Source of the DNA: Acidimicrobiia bacterium
GTDB taxonomy: Bacteria > Actinomycetota > Acidimicrobiia > Spongiisociales > ZC4RG35
DNA: 64,000 bases
NCBI GenBank assembly: GCA_965216495.1
Contig: OZ244163.1
Coordinates: 1,194,109 to 1,258,108, forward strand
Direction: 5' to 3'
This document shows, piece after piece, positions 1 to 8,582 of the stretch. Every line of letters starts with the position of its first letter. Positions within the stretch are counted from its first letter, which is position 1. Below the pieces are notes generated by a model. The model was not told the origin of the DNA. It worked only from the letters and a program-made list of their open reading frames with translations, and did not search any database. Position numbers and translations under genes: made by a program.

Positions 1-70
1 CAGGGCCGACAACGTAATCGCAACCTGTTCGAGCGCCCGCGGGGACGCCAAATACCGTCACTGCGCCCGA

Positions 71-865
71 TTGGTTCTTTTGGTCCGTCGTCGGCTCCAA
101 CACCCGCTTGATCTCCTCGTCGTGGCGGTGTCAGGAGGGACTGGTTCAGGCAAGTCCTCGTTGGTCAATGCGTTGGTTGGGGATGATCTGGTCCCGACAG
201 GTGGCATAAGGCCCACAAGCACCAACCCAGTCGCGGCCGTGCCCAGAGGGTGGCTAGGGCGGATCAGTTCGTTTCTCGATGCTGCCGGCGTCGATGAGTT
301 AGTGACCTACGAAGGGCCAGATGTCGTGCTCATCGATCTCCCCGACTTCGACAGCATTGAATCGCGGCACCGCGCCATCGTGGACGAGGTGTTGCCTTCG
401 GTTGATCATGTGGTGTGGGTCACTGATCCTGAGAAGTACCGAGATGCCGTGTTGCATAGCGACTATCTCGAGCCTCTCGCGTCGTATCGAGATCATCTGA
501 CTTTCGTCCTGAACCAGGTCGACAGACTGGATATCCAAGACGTCGACCCGGTCCATGAAGACTTCGTTGCTGCGCTTGGGCGATCAGGATTTATCGAACC
601 AAAGACGATGCTCACGTCGGCCGACCCGGTCGCCGGACCACCTATTGGTGTGGAGTCTTTGAGGGATGCCCTTGTCGAGCGGTCGAAAGGGGTCGCAACA
701 ACCTATGCCCGTCTGCTCGAGGACCTTCGTAGCGTCGGATCTCTGATATCCGCAGAGGTACTTGCTGCTCTCACACCAGATGATTCGGCCCTGGCCCGTG
801 CTGCGTTGGCCGAGCTTTCAGTGGCGGTTCAAGAGACGGAGCGACACCTCGTTATTCTCAAGTGA
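71..865 (+). CDS. P-loop GTPase (dynamin/YfjP-like G domain); the frame stays open to the left window edge, so the true 5' end may lie outside the window
   Basis: G1 GGTGSGKSS, G3-like LIDLPDFD and G4 NQVD occur in the right order. No in-frame stop between position 2 and 71. The stop overlaps the next start (GTGA at 862-865). Confidence 0.6.
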   Translation: MVLLVRRRLQHPLDLLVVAVSGGTGSGKSSLVNALVGDDLVPTGGIRPTSTNPVAAVPRGWLGRISSFLDAAGVDELVTYEGPDVVLIDLPDFDSIESRHRAIVDEVLPSVDHVVWVTDPEKYRDAVLHSDYLEPLASYRDHLTFVLNQVDRLDIQDVDPVHEDFVAALGRSGFIEPKTMLTSADPVAGPPIGVESLRDALVERSKGVATTYARLLEDLRSVGSLISAEVLAALTPDDSALARAALAELSVAVQETERHLVILK

Positions 866-1695
866 AGATGATGCTTGCAATCTCAGCGGAGGTCAGGGAC
901 GACCTGATCAGCTCAGCCATAATCCTGTTAGGTGCTCTTCTCGTCTATCTGGCGGCCATGCGCCTCGGACGTCGGTACGTGGAGAAGGCCCAGTCATCGC
1001 CCGGCGAGAGGGGTGCCCGGGTAGCCACCCTGTGGGTCGTCTTACGTCGAGTGATCCTGGTTTTGGTGCTGTTCCTGGCCCTGCTGTTCGTGATGATGGA
1101 TTGGGGATGGTCGATCACGCCGTTTCTGGGTGTGGGTACCGTCGTCGCGGCCGCCATTGGTTTCGGAGCCCAGGACATTGTCAAGGATTTCCTCTCCGGT
1201 TTCTTCATCCTTGTTGAGGATCAATTCCACGTCGGGGATACGGTGACGATCGCTGGCACGACCGGCGAAGTGCGCGATATCCAGTTCCGAGTCACGATCT
1301 TGCGCGACTTCGAGGGAAACGTCCATTACGTACCTAATGGGACCATCCAGGTCACAACAAACTTCACATCCAGATTCGCTCAGCCAGTGATCGATGTTGG
1401 AGTGGCCTATGGAGTGGACGTGAATGCGGCCCTGGCTTCGATGGCCGATGAGTTGCAGCTCATGGCGCGTGATCCCGAGTTCGGGCCCCTGATCACAGAA
1501 GAGCCTGAAGTGCTCGGCGTCAATCAGTTGGGTGACTCCTCAGTGGTGCTCCGTGCTCGTTTGACGACGTTGGCGGATGAGCGTTGGAAGGTTCGACGTG
1601 AGGCGTTGCGGCGAATCAAACTCCGATTCGATGCCGACGGAATAGAGATTCCGTTCCCGCAGCTGACGATCAGCCGGAAGGATGACGACCAGTAA
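862..1695 (+). CDS. mscS: small-conductance mechanosensitive channel (MscS family)
   Basis: N-terminal TM helices are followed by the MscS core GAQDIVKDFLSGFFILVEDQFHVGDTVTIAGTTGEVRDIQFRVTILRDFEGNVHYVPNG. Confidence 0.85.
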   Translation: MKMMLAISAEVRDDLISSAIILLGALLVYLAAMRLGRRYVEKAQSSPGERGARVATLWVVLRRVILVLVLFLALLFVMMDWGWSITPFLGVGTVVAAAIGFGAQDIVKDFLSGFFILVEDQFHVGDTVTIAGTTGEVRDIQFRVTILRDFEGNVHYVPNGTIQVTTNFTSRFAQPVIDVGVAYGVDVNAALASMADELQLMARDPEFGPLITEEPEVLGVNQLGDSSVVLRARLTTLADERWKVRREALRRIKLRFDADGIEIPFPQLTISRKDDDQ

Positions 1696-2602
1696 TCATC
1701 CGTAGCGACTCCGGTGTCCACGACAGGGTCGCCGACTCGATAAGTCCCAACCCTTCGCCGTCTGCCTGGGCAGCCACGGTTCCGTGGGCAGTGATCTCGA
1801 TCTCGTCGGCGTTTTCCAGGATCCGAATGCCTTGGACCGCATCCAATCGCCTTCCAGTCAACGCCCGGAGACCAATCTGAGGAACCCGGCGTCTCTTGAA
1901 GTCTGACATGACGAGAGCAGTCATGGGATCGGGTAGCCGCTCCCCAAAACGGAGGGCCCTGCGGCCGAAAAAGGTATAGACGCTGCGGAACTGGGCTAGC
2001 ACAGTGCTCGCAGCCATCGTCTCGCCGTCGATGGTGACAGTCGCCGTGTCGCCGCTCTTGGAGAAGTCACCCAGGGCCACCGAGAACGCTGACCTCGCGT
2101 AGTGGAGCGAGCCAAATCTGTACTTCCGGTAGGGGTCTGCGTCCGCCATGCGGACGACTTCCGCGTCGAGGCCGACTCCGCAGGCGAACAGCGCGTGGCG
2201 GACGAGACGGCCGTCGGGTTGTTGGAGGTCCATCTTTACGGTCCCATACTTCGGCGCTGACTCAGCAGATCGGATCAGCTTCGCAGCTCTGACTGGTCGT
2301 GTCGGGATCCCAAGCAAACGGGCGATCACGTTGGTGGTGCCGCTGGGGATGATGCCCAGCGCCGTTTCTGTGCCGATCAGAGCTTGAGCCAGATGATGGA
2401 CCATTCCGTCGCCACCCATGGCGACCACGATCTCTGTCCCTTGAGCTGCCGCTGCTGCGGCAGCACCCAGGGCTTCCTCAGCGGACCCGGGCCATACTGC
2501 TTCGGTGTCGCGCACCTTTGATAGGGCCCGCATCACGTCTCGATGGGCGCCTCCGGTGAACTGACTCGATATGGGGTTTGCGATTACGACAACCGACGGC
2601 AC
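1670..2602 (-). CDS. diacylglycerol/lipid kinase family protein (DAGK catalytic domain, YegS/BmrU-like)
   Basis: VVVIANP...VVAMGGDGMVHH...GIIPSGTTNVIARLLG matches the GGDG and PxGTxN motifs of the DAGK_cat fold. Convergent 26-nt overlap with mscS. Confidence 0.75.
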   Translation of the reverse strand: MPSVVVIANPISSQFTGGAHRDVMRALSKVRDTEAVWPGSAEEALGAAAAAAAQGTEIVVAMGGDGMVHHLAQALIGTETALGIIPSGTTNVIARLLGIPTRPVRAAKLIRSAESAPKYGTVKMDLQQPDGRLVRHALFACGVGLDAEVVRMADADPYRKYRFGSLHYARSAFSVALGDFSKSGDTATVTIDGETMAASTVLAQFRSVYTFFGRRALRFGERLPDPMTALVMSDFKRRRVPQIGLRALTGRRLDAVQGIRILENADEIEITAHGTVAAQADGEGLGLIESATLSWTPESLRMITGRHPSG

Positions 2603-2630
2603 AGGCTGAGGTTATACCGAGAGTCGGTCG

Positions 2631-3617
2631 TTGGTCAGTTACCCTTCTGTCGTGACGTTGCCGCCCGAGCGGACTCAAGATTCAACCGAAAGTCAGGCCC
2701 TGTACACCGTGATTGCGGGCGAAGGCGACGGCTTCATTCTCGGTATGGCTGCAGGAGATACGGCGGGAGGTGCCTGGGAGCTCGGGTACTCCGCTCCGAC
2801 CGAAATCGCCACCCTGGTCGCCTATGAGTTGATCATGCACCGAGAGCTCGATGAAGACCGGTTGACCGAGGCCATTCTCGAGATGGACGGCTCTTTGTCA
2901 GAGATGAAGGTGCTGCGTGGAGAGAGCCGGGCAATGCGGGGGTGGATCGACCGGGCCAAGGCAGATGCCAGATCACCGGGGACAGAGCCGACGCTGGATC
3001 CGGCCATCCATTCCTGCGTCCTTGGGGTCGCGTACCGCAACGACCCATCTGAAATGTTGGAGGTCACGCTCCGCCTGGGTCGCTTCTTCAATACGCATTC
3101 CGAGTCCCTGGCAGCTGGTGCCGTGGTTGGAGCATCAGTCGCTGCTTCCTGTCTTGCCCAGTCAGGCCTTGATTTGGTTGCTGGGGTTTCCGAGGCGATG
3201 GCAGGTGTAGACATCGATGGGATGACGGGGCTGTCGCAGCGAATACATGGATTGATCGAGCACGTCGGTGTGGTTTCGGGCGAAGAAGCCCATCAGATAG
3301 CGGCTGGCGGAGCCAGCGGCCCCCTCGACCTCGTGCTTACTGCGCTTCTGCTGGCTGCTCCGGTGGCGAAGGTGAAACACACGTCAATCGAGCAGGCGGC
3401 ACGGGTTGGAGGGAGTCCTCTTGGCGCGATTGCGGGTGCCATCGTGGGAGCTCGCCTCGGAATTACCGCCTGGCCTTGGGTCTTCGCCAATGACACGTGG
3501 TTCGCTGAGATCGGTAGACGGCTGGTGCGCGGACCAGACGAGGTTCGGGACCTCCCCATTCCCTATGCGGTCGAGCAACACCTCATGGTTGGTCGGGGTC
3601 CGTCTTTTCACTGGTAA
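2631..3617 (+). CDS. ADP-ribosylglycohydrolase-family protein with an apparently degenerate C-terminal metal motif; start uncertain
   Basis: The N-terminal ILGMAAGDTAGGAWE resembles the ARH GxxxGDAxG motif. The C-terminal GGSPLGAIAGAIVGARLG aligns to the family motif GGDTDTxAAIAGAxxGA but lacks the acidic/Thr ligands. Confidence 0.5.
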   Translation: MVSYPSVVTLPPERTQDSTESQALYTVIAGEGDGFILGMAAGDTAGGAWELGYSAPTEIATLVAYELIMHRELDEDRLTEAILEMDGSLSEMKVLRGESRAMRGWIDRAKADARSPGTEPTLDPAIHSCVLGVAYRNDPSEMLEVTLRLGRFFNTHSESLAAGAVVGASVAASCLAQSGLDLVAGVSEAMAGVDIDGMTGLSQRIHGLIEHVGVVSGEEAHQIAAGGASGPLDLVLTALLLAAPVAKVKHTSIEQAARVGGSPLGAIAGAIVGARLGITAWPWVFANDTWFAEIGRRLVRGPDEVRDLPIPYAVEQHLMVGRGPSFHW

Positions 3618-4851
3618 CGAGTCGCTCCTCCTCGGGCCAAGACCGGATGGAGTCATCTACACCACCTACGACCCACCACCCGGCCAGCACCAGCAGCCCG
3701 AGTACTCCCAAAGCAGTCACCCTTCCGAGACGGAGCACATCCACCACCAGAGCCCACAACAGTGGCCCTCCGACGGTGGCGAATCGGCCAACGGTGGCAT
3801 ACAGGCCGTAAAACTCACCCAGGTGCCTCGGTGGTGACACCCTCGTCATGACCACGCGGTCCGACGCCCAGGTAGCACCCAGGGCCGCGCCCCCGATGGG
3901 CCCGATGGCCCAGATCAAGGCCGTGATTCCTGATGTTGCCGCGACGATCCCTGAGACGATCCCGATAAGCCACATGATCAGCACGATCCGAAGGACCGCT
4001 ATGGGCCCCCACCGGATGGTCAGTCGACCTGCAGTGATCCCGCCCACGATGGCGGCCGTGATGGCCACGGCCATGAGTGCCGTGAAGAAGCGGCGATCCA
4101 GGCCAAGTTCGTCGATAACGAACAACGCAAGGAAACCCCCGATCAGGGTGTTGATAGCGTCGGTGTAGAGGAATCGACCGGTTAGAAACCGGACGACCCC
4201 CGGATACCTCGATGCGGTGCGCCAGGACCTAATCAGCCCAGGAACGATGTCGCCGATTGACGGCAGGTCCACGTCGGCTCTTCCTGGTCGCTCCTTGACG
4301 AACACAAAAGTCGGAATGGCGAACACGAAAAACGCGATGGCGATCAACCGAAAGGCCCCAGGGAACCCCCAGTCGAGAACGTCGAGCGCGAGCAGACCCA
4401 GACCGAGGCCGATGAAGGAGCCGACGTAGCCGATGCCTACCCCCAACCCAGAAACCCATCCACGATTCTCCTCGGTGCTGACGTCGACGAGCAGAGCGTC
4501 GTAAACGACGCCACCGGTGTTAACGGCGACCAACGCCACCCACAGCAAGATGAAAGTGAGGAGCACCGGACCAGTAGCGAGGAAGAACGTGGCCGCCACG
4601 GCTACCACCGTTGTCACGACGAGCGCAGGAATCCTCTTTCCGAGAACGTCGGATCGCGCTCCGATCCATGGTGCGGCAAAGATGACTACCACTGCGGCGG
4701 CTATCTGAGCCGTGGCGAGGGCTGAGTCTGGTTGGTTCTCAGACAGCATCCAGTCGCTGAAATAGAGGCCGACGACACCCAAGGCGAAGATGGTGTTGGC
4801 TAGGTCATACACGACCCATGAGACGACTTCCCTTCTGTTCGAAGGGCTCAC
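3583..4851 (-). CDS. MFS transporter, UMF1/Atg22-like family
   Basis: N-terminal VVSWVVYDLANTIFALGV (WxxYDxAN signature of UMF1). The rest of the 422 aa is hydrophobic and consistent with a multi-helix MFS topology (helices not counted). Confidence 0.75.
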   Translation of the reverse strand: MSPSNRREVVSWVVYDLANTIFALGVVGLYFSDWMLSENQPDSALATAQIAAAVVVIFAAPWIGARSDVLGKRIPALVVTTVVAVAATFFLATGPVLLTFILLWVALVAVNTGGVVYDALLVDVSTEENRGWVSGLGVGIGYVGSFIGLGLGLLALDVLDWGFPGAFRLIAIAFFVFAIPTFVFVKERPGRADVDLPSIGDIVPGLIRSWRTASRYPGVVRFLTGRFLYTDAINTLIGGFLALFVIDELGLDRRFFTALMAVAITAAIVGGITAGRLTIRWGPIAVLRIVLIMWLIGIVSGIVAATSGITALIWAIGPIGGAALGATWASDRVVMTRVSPPRHLGEFYGLYATVGRFATVGGPLLWALVVDVLRLGRVTALGVLGLLVLAGWWVVGGVDDSIRSWPEEERLVTSEKTDPDQP

Positions 4852-4852
4852 C

Positions 4853-5929
4853 TCAGAATGTCACCGCTACCGAGATCAGTTCTTCGCGTCCAAGCAAGCC
4901 AGCCGCAGCCTGGAGGGCTCGCGCCGATTCGGACAAAGGAAACTGATGGCTGACGAGATCGTCGATTCGCGGATCAGTTTCGAGTTGGTTGGTCGCCCAT
5001 TGGTATCCGATGGACGAGGCGCCCTTGGCACCTTTCACCGTGAGCTGCTTGGCGACGATCACATCTGAGAGGAAATGAAACGCCCGATTGCCCTTGGTGG
5101 AGGCAAGGATCACGCGTCCCCCGCTTCTGACGAGATCGAGAGCGGTGAAGACAGCCTCTGGATCGTCCGAGGTGACATCTATCACCACATCGGGTCTCCT
5201 ACCGAGGTCGTTGGCGAGTTCTGCTGCGATATCGGAGGTTTCGACGTCGATGATTGTGTCGGCCCCGAGGGTCCTGGCCAGGTCGAGCCGATCTTGGTCA
5301 TGGCTCAGGCCCGCGATGCCGACCCACCCTGCCCCTGCCGCCTTGGCCGCGATCAGGCAAGCCAGGCCGCGGGGCCCAGGTCCGAGAATCAGCACGTCTT
5401 CGCCGGGCTGTAGTGAGGGCAGTTCTACGGCCCAGGTGTGTCCTGAAGCCAGCGGATGGACAAATGTGGCTACCTCTGCAGGGACATCGTCTGTCACGGG
5501 ATGAAGGTGGGCGTTGGGATCGAGATACAGATACTCGGCCAGCCCTCCCCAAAGCCCCGGTGGCTCAATTGAGGCAATCATTCCGTAAGAGTTGGATGGT
5601 TTGCGGCTGACACAGGTAGCGAGATTCTGTCGGCAACGGCTGCACCTGCCACATCGGATCCGAGGTTCGACAGCGACCCTGGTTCCGACCGGATAGGGAA
5701 CGTTTGGGCCTTGATCGGCAATACGCCCCACCACTTCGTTACCCGGCACCAGGGGATAGATGATGTCGCGCGCCTCTCCCTTCCAGATCTGCACGTCGGA
5801 GCCGGAGAGTCCCGTGGCCTCCACCGCGAGCCAACCCCCGGTCTCGACACCCTGCGGCACGATGGAGGTCAACGAGAAATGACGCGGTTCGACCAGCATC
5901 ATTGCTCGAGCGGTGGTCCCTGATTGCAC
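4853..5929 (-). CDS. medium-chain dehydrogenase/reductase (Zn-ADH-like) with substituted catalytic-zinc ligands
   Basis: Structural-zinc loop CGRCSRCRQNLATC and Rossmann motif VLILGPGPRGL are present. The usual GxCGSD and GHE are SGSD and GNE here. Confidence 0.7.
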   Translation of the reverse strand: MQSGTTARAMMLVEPRHFSLTSIVPQGVETGGWLAVEATGLSGSDVQIWKGEARDIIYPLVPGNEVVGRIADQGPNVPYPVGTRVAVEPRIRCGRCSRCRQNLATCVSRKPSNSYGMIASIEPPGLWGGLAEYLYLDPNAHLHPVTDDVPAEVATFVHPLASGHTWAVELPSLQPGEDVLILGPGPRGLACLIAAKAAGAGWVGIAGLSHDQDRLDLARTLGADTIIDVETSDIAAELANDLGRRPDVVIDVTSDDPEAVFTALDLVRSGGRVILASTKGNRAFHFLSDVIVAKQLTVKGAKGASSIGYQWATNQLETDPRIDDLVSHQFPLSESARALQAAAGLLGREELISVAVTF

Positions 5930-5949
5930 AGGGCGAGTGTAAACCCGGT

Positions 5950-7131
5950 CTAGAGGGACTCGAACATGGCGAACATCATGTCCAACCCCTTGTCGAGGTC
6001 GTCGTCTGAAAGGGCATAGGAAAGCCGGATAAAGCCGGGTGCCCCGAACGACTCGCCAGGGACAACCGCCACTCCTGCCTCTTCAAGTAGAGCTTTCGAC
6101 AATGCTGTCGACGTCGGGATGTCCTCTGATAGAAGCTGCTCCACGTTTGGAAATGCGTAGAAGGCTCCGTCGGGCTGGAGACAAGTCAGACGGGGGTGGC
6201 TTGAAAGCCGAGAGAACATGACCTGGCGGCGCCGATCGAAGTGTTGCCTCATGTCCTCAACGGTGTCCTGAGGTCCGGTGAGAGCGGCGGCCGCTGCCAT
6301 CTGAGCGACGTTGTTCACGTTTGAGGTGGCATGCGACTGGAACCTGGCAGCTGCCTGTGCAACATCGGTGGGAGCAATGAGCCAGCCGACTCGCCAACCC
6401 GTCATGGCGTAGCTCTTCGCCACTCCATTGATCAGGACGAGGCGGTCGGCGATCGCGTCATGAGCGCTGATGGATGGCGCCACGGGTTCGGAGCCATAAA
6501 CGAGCCTCTGATAGATCTCGTCGGCCACGACCCAAATGCCTCTCTCGTCCGCCCACTCCGCCACGGCACGCGCCTCGGCAGCGGTGTAGACGGCACCGGT
6601 GGGGTTGGAGGGAGAAACGAAGACCAACAGCTTGGTTTTCTTGGTGACGTGGGCGTCGAGGTCGGCGGGTGTGACTTTGAACCCGTTCTCGAGCGAGGAA
6701 CGTACTGAAATCGGTACCCCGCCGGCGAGCTGGATCCCAGCCGGATAAGTGACCCAATGTGGTGTGGGCAGGAGAGCTTCATCACCAGGATCGAGAAGGG
6801 CTGCGAATGTCTGGAAGATGGCCTGCTTGGCGCCGTTGGTGACCACCACGTTGTCCGAGGAGATCTCAAAGCGGGAGTGGTCAGCTGTATAAGGAACGAT
6901 TGCCTCACGCAGTGGGGCGAGGCCGACGTTCGCTGAGTATTTGTGATTGGCGGGATCGTCCATCGCGACCTTGGCCGCGTGGACGATGTTGTCGGGCGTG
7001 GGGAAGTCGGGCTCACCCGCGCCAAAGGAGACAACCTCGCGACCCATGGCCCTCAGCTCACGCGCACGTGTGCTGATGGCCATGGTCGCCGAGCCGGATA
7101 TCCGGCCCAGGCGCTGCGAGACTCCGGTCAC
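5950..7131 (-). CDS. aspC: class I PLP-dependent aminotransferase (aspartate aminotransferase-like)
   Basis: FGAGEPDFPTP, SPSNPTG and the lysine motif NGVAKSYAMTGWRVGW are present. The GTG start abuts the upstream stop (TAAGTG at 7129-7134 on the minus strand). Confidence 0.85.
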   Translation of the reverse strand: MTGVSQRLGRISGSATMAISTRARELRAMGREVVSFGAGEPDFPTPDNIVHAAKVAMDDPANHKYSANVGLAPLREAIVPYTADHSRFEISSDNVVVTNGAKQAIFQTFAALLDPGDEALLPTPHWVTYPAGIQLAGGVPISVRSSLENGFKVTPADLDAHVTKKTKLLVFVSPSNPTGAVYTAAEARAVAEWADERGIWVVADEIYQRLVYGSEPVAPSISAHDAIADRLVLINGVAKSYAMTGWRVGWLIAPTDVAQAAARFQSHATSNVNNVAQMAAAAALTGPQDTVEDMRQHFDRRRQVMFSRLSSHPRLTCLQPDGAFYAFPNVEQLLSEDIPTSTALSKALLEEAGVAVVPGESFGAPGFIRLSYALSDDDLDKGLDMMFAMFESL

Positions 7132-7704
7132 TTAGCCGGTTACTTCGTCTGCGACGTCCGAGATGCCATCCTTGACCTCGTCAACAGCGTCGCCAGCTGC
7201 CTCTTTGGCGTCGTCGATGGCGTCCCCGGCGGCATCAACCGCATCGCCTGCGGCGTCGGCTACATCGGACGCCTTGTCCTGTACGGCGTCGACCTTGTCG
7301 CCTACGGCGTCTTTGACGTCGTCGACCTTGTCGCCTACCGCGTCTACGGCATCACCGGCCGCTTCCTGTACGTCGTCGACCTTGTCGCCTACCGCGTCAG
7401 CCGCGTCACCAGCGGCGTCCTGGACGTCGTCCACTTTGTCCTCCACGGCGTCGGCGGCGCCGGCGGCACCCTCACGTGCCTCCGCGACCTTTTCTTTCGC
7501 CTTTTCGGCGACGCCTGCGGCTGTTTCCTTGGCCTTTTCGACCGCCTTCTCCACTTGCGGCTTGGCTTTCTCAGCCATTTCAGCGGCAGTCTCCTTGGTC
7601 TTTTCGACCGCTTTTTCGACTTGTGGCTTGGCCTTTTCGGCGGCTTCGGCTGCGCTTTCCTTCGCCGTTCCGAACCACGACTTCAACGTGTCCATGAACC
7701 CCAT
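7132..7704 (-). CDS. repeat-built, highly charged LEA-like / CsbD-MT0933-like stress protein (190 aa)
   Basis: ATG at 7704 is preceded by GAAAAGGAA. The longer 7854 start overlaps the upstream nuclease gene. The protein has 2 x 22-aa Lys/Glu repeats (EKAKPQVEKAVEK.KETAA) followed by about five Asp-rich repeats of roughly 18 aa (AAGDAVDAVGDKVDDV..). Confidence 0.6.
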   Translation of the reverse strand: MGFMDTLKSWFGTAKESAAEAAEKAKPQVEKAVEKTKETAAEMAEKAKPQVEKAVEKAKETAAGVAEKAKEKVAEAREGAAGAADAVEDKVDDVQDAAGDAADAVGDKVDDVQEAAGDAVDAVGDKVDDVKDAVGDKVDAVQDKASDVADAAGDAVDAAGDAIDDAKEAAGDAVDEVKDGISDVADEVTG

Positions 7705-7757
7705 CGCAAATTCCTTTTCTTCGGGTCTTGGCGGGAGCGTAGAGGATTCGCGGTGAG

Positions 7758-8582
7758 TCAGTAACGCCAGCGGGCGATGACGGCTCCATTTGAGTCTTGG
7801 AGCAGCGCCATGTCCCCGCCGTTGTTCCAAACCGAAGAGCCTCCCGGATCCCATTTCGGATCATCCGACGAGATTGCAATGGAGTCTCCGGGGTCGAGCT
7901 GGGTTCCGGCGACGAACTCGTAGCGATGCCGCGACGACTCGTCCCTCAGGATCCAGCCGCTCAGGTCAACGGTGGTGTTGTCGCGGTTCGAGATCACAAT
8001 GATTTCCGATCCGAGTTGCTCGTCATCCGGCCCACGAGGATCCACGTTCGACGAGTTCGTATCGATCTCGATTCGCGGTACCGGACCTCCGTTGCAGGCT
8101 TCAGCAGACCACAGCCCGACTCGAGCATTGAAGGCTTCGTTTTCGGCGAGAACGTATACGTTTCCTAAACCCTGGTCTCCGGGTGTCGTTGCTATGGCAA
8201 GTCCTAGTTGGACAAGTTCGAGATTGATGTTGCGTTCCCCTTCGAACACGACGCCGAGAACCCTTCCGAACTGGTCGGTTCCGTGTTCTTCGATTCTCAC
8301 CTTGCGCCCTTTGAGCGTGTCGATGAGGTGGTCGAGGCTCTCTTGGGCCTGGCATTCGCCGCGGTCAGGAGCGTTGATCCCGATTAATCGAACTTCGATG
8401 TCCCCGTCAGGGGTGGCCACTTCGATGGTGTCGCCGTCATCGATCCAGGTGACCGTTGAGTCGTCGGGGCCGGTTGTGGGGTGAGGAAAAGGGAGTGTTG
8501 ATGTCGTACCTTCCCCGATCGGCTGGCACGCGGTCGTCAGAAGCAGCGAGATGGCCGCGATCGTCAGTAATCCTTTGTGCAA
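7758..8582 (-). CDS. secreted lipoprotein: staphylococcal-nuclease (SNase/thermonuclease) domain fused to a C-terminal lamin-tail domain (LTD)
   Basis: The TTG at 8582 gives the signal MHKGLLTIAAISLLLTTAC (lipobox). SNase core is DGDTIEV...VRLIGINAPDRGEC...GRVLGVVF...NLELVQLGLA. LTD is EIIVISNRDNTTVDLSGWILRDESSRHRYEF. The start is inferred; the ORF is open up to 8717. Confidence 0.7.
   Translation of the reverse strand: MHKGLLTIAAISLLLTTACQPIGEGTTSTLPFPHPTTGPDDSTVTWIDDGDTIEVATPDGDIEVRLIGINAPDRGECQAQESLDHLIDTLKGRKVRIEEHGTDQFGRVLGVVFEGERNINLELVQLGLAIATTPGDQGLGNVYVLAENEAFNARVGLWSAEACNGGPVPRIEIDTNSSNVDPRGPDDEQLGSEIIVISNRDNTTVDLSGWILRDESSRHRYEFVAGTQLDPGDSIAISSDDPKWDPGGSSVWNNGGDMALLQDSNGAVIARWRY

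Noticed and set aside
6943-7764. 273-aa and 197-aa plus-strand ORFs (6943-7764, 7163-7756) across the LEA-like gene and the aspC 5' end
   Set aside because: Their repetitive Ser/Thr/Ala or Val/Gly/Asp sequence is simply the other-strand reading of the charged-repeat gene. There is no RBS or plausible start context. The minus-strand gene has an ATG with a GAAAAGGAA site and abuts aspC.
7705-7854. N-terminal extensions suggested by the longest-ORF track (7132-7854, 28237, 31074, 33384, 48523, 49632, 55162, 59242, 61561-63012, 8583-8717)
   Set aside because: The extensions overlap the upstream or divergent gene or a terminator stem, and they encode Arg/Pro-rich junk. In each case an internal start gives the canonical family N-terminus, often with an RBS or a 4-nt stop/start overlap.
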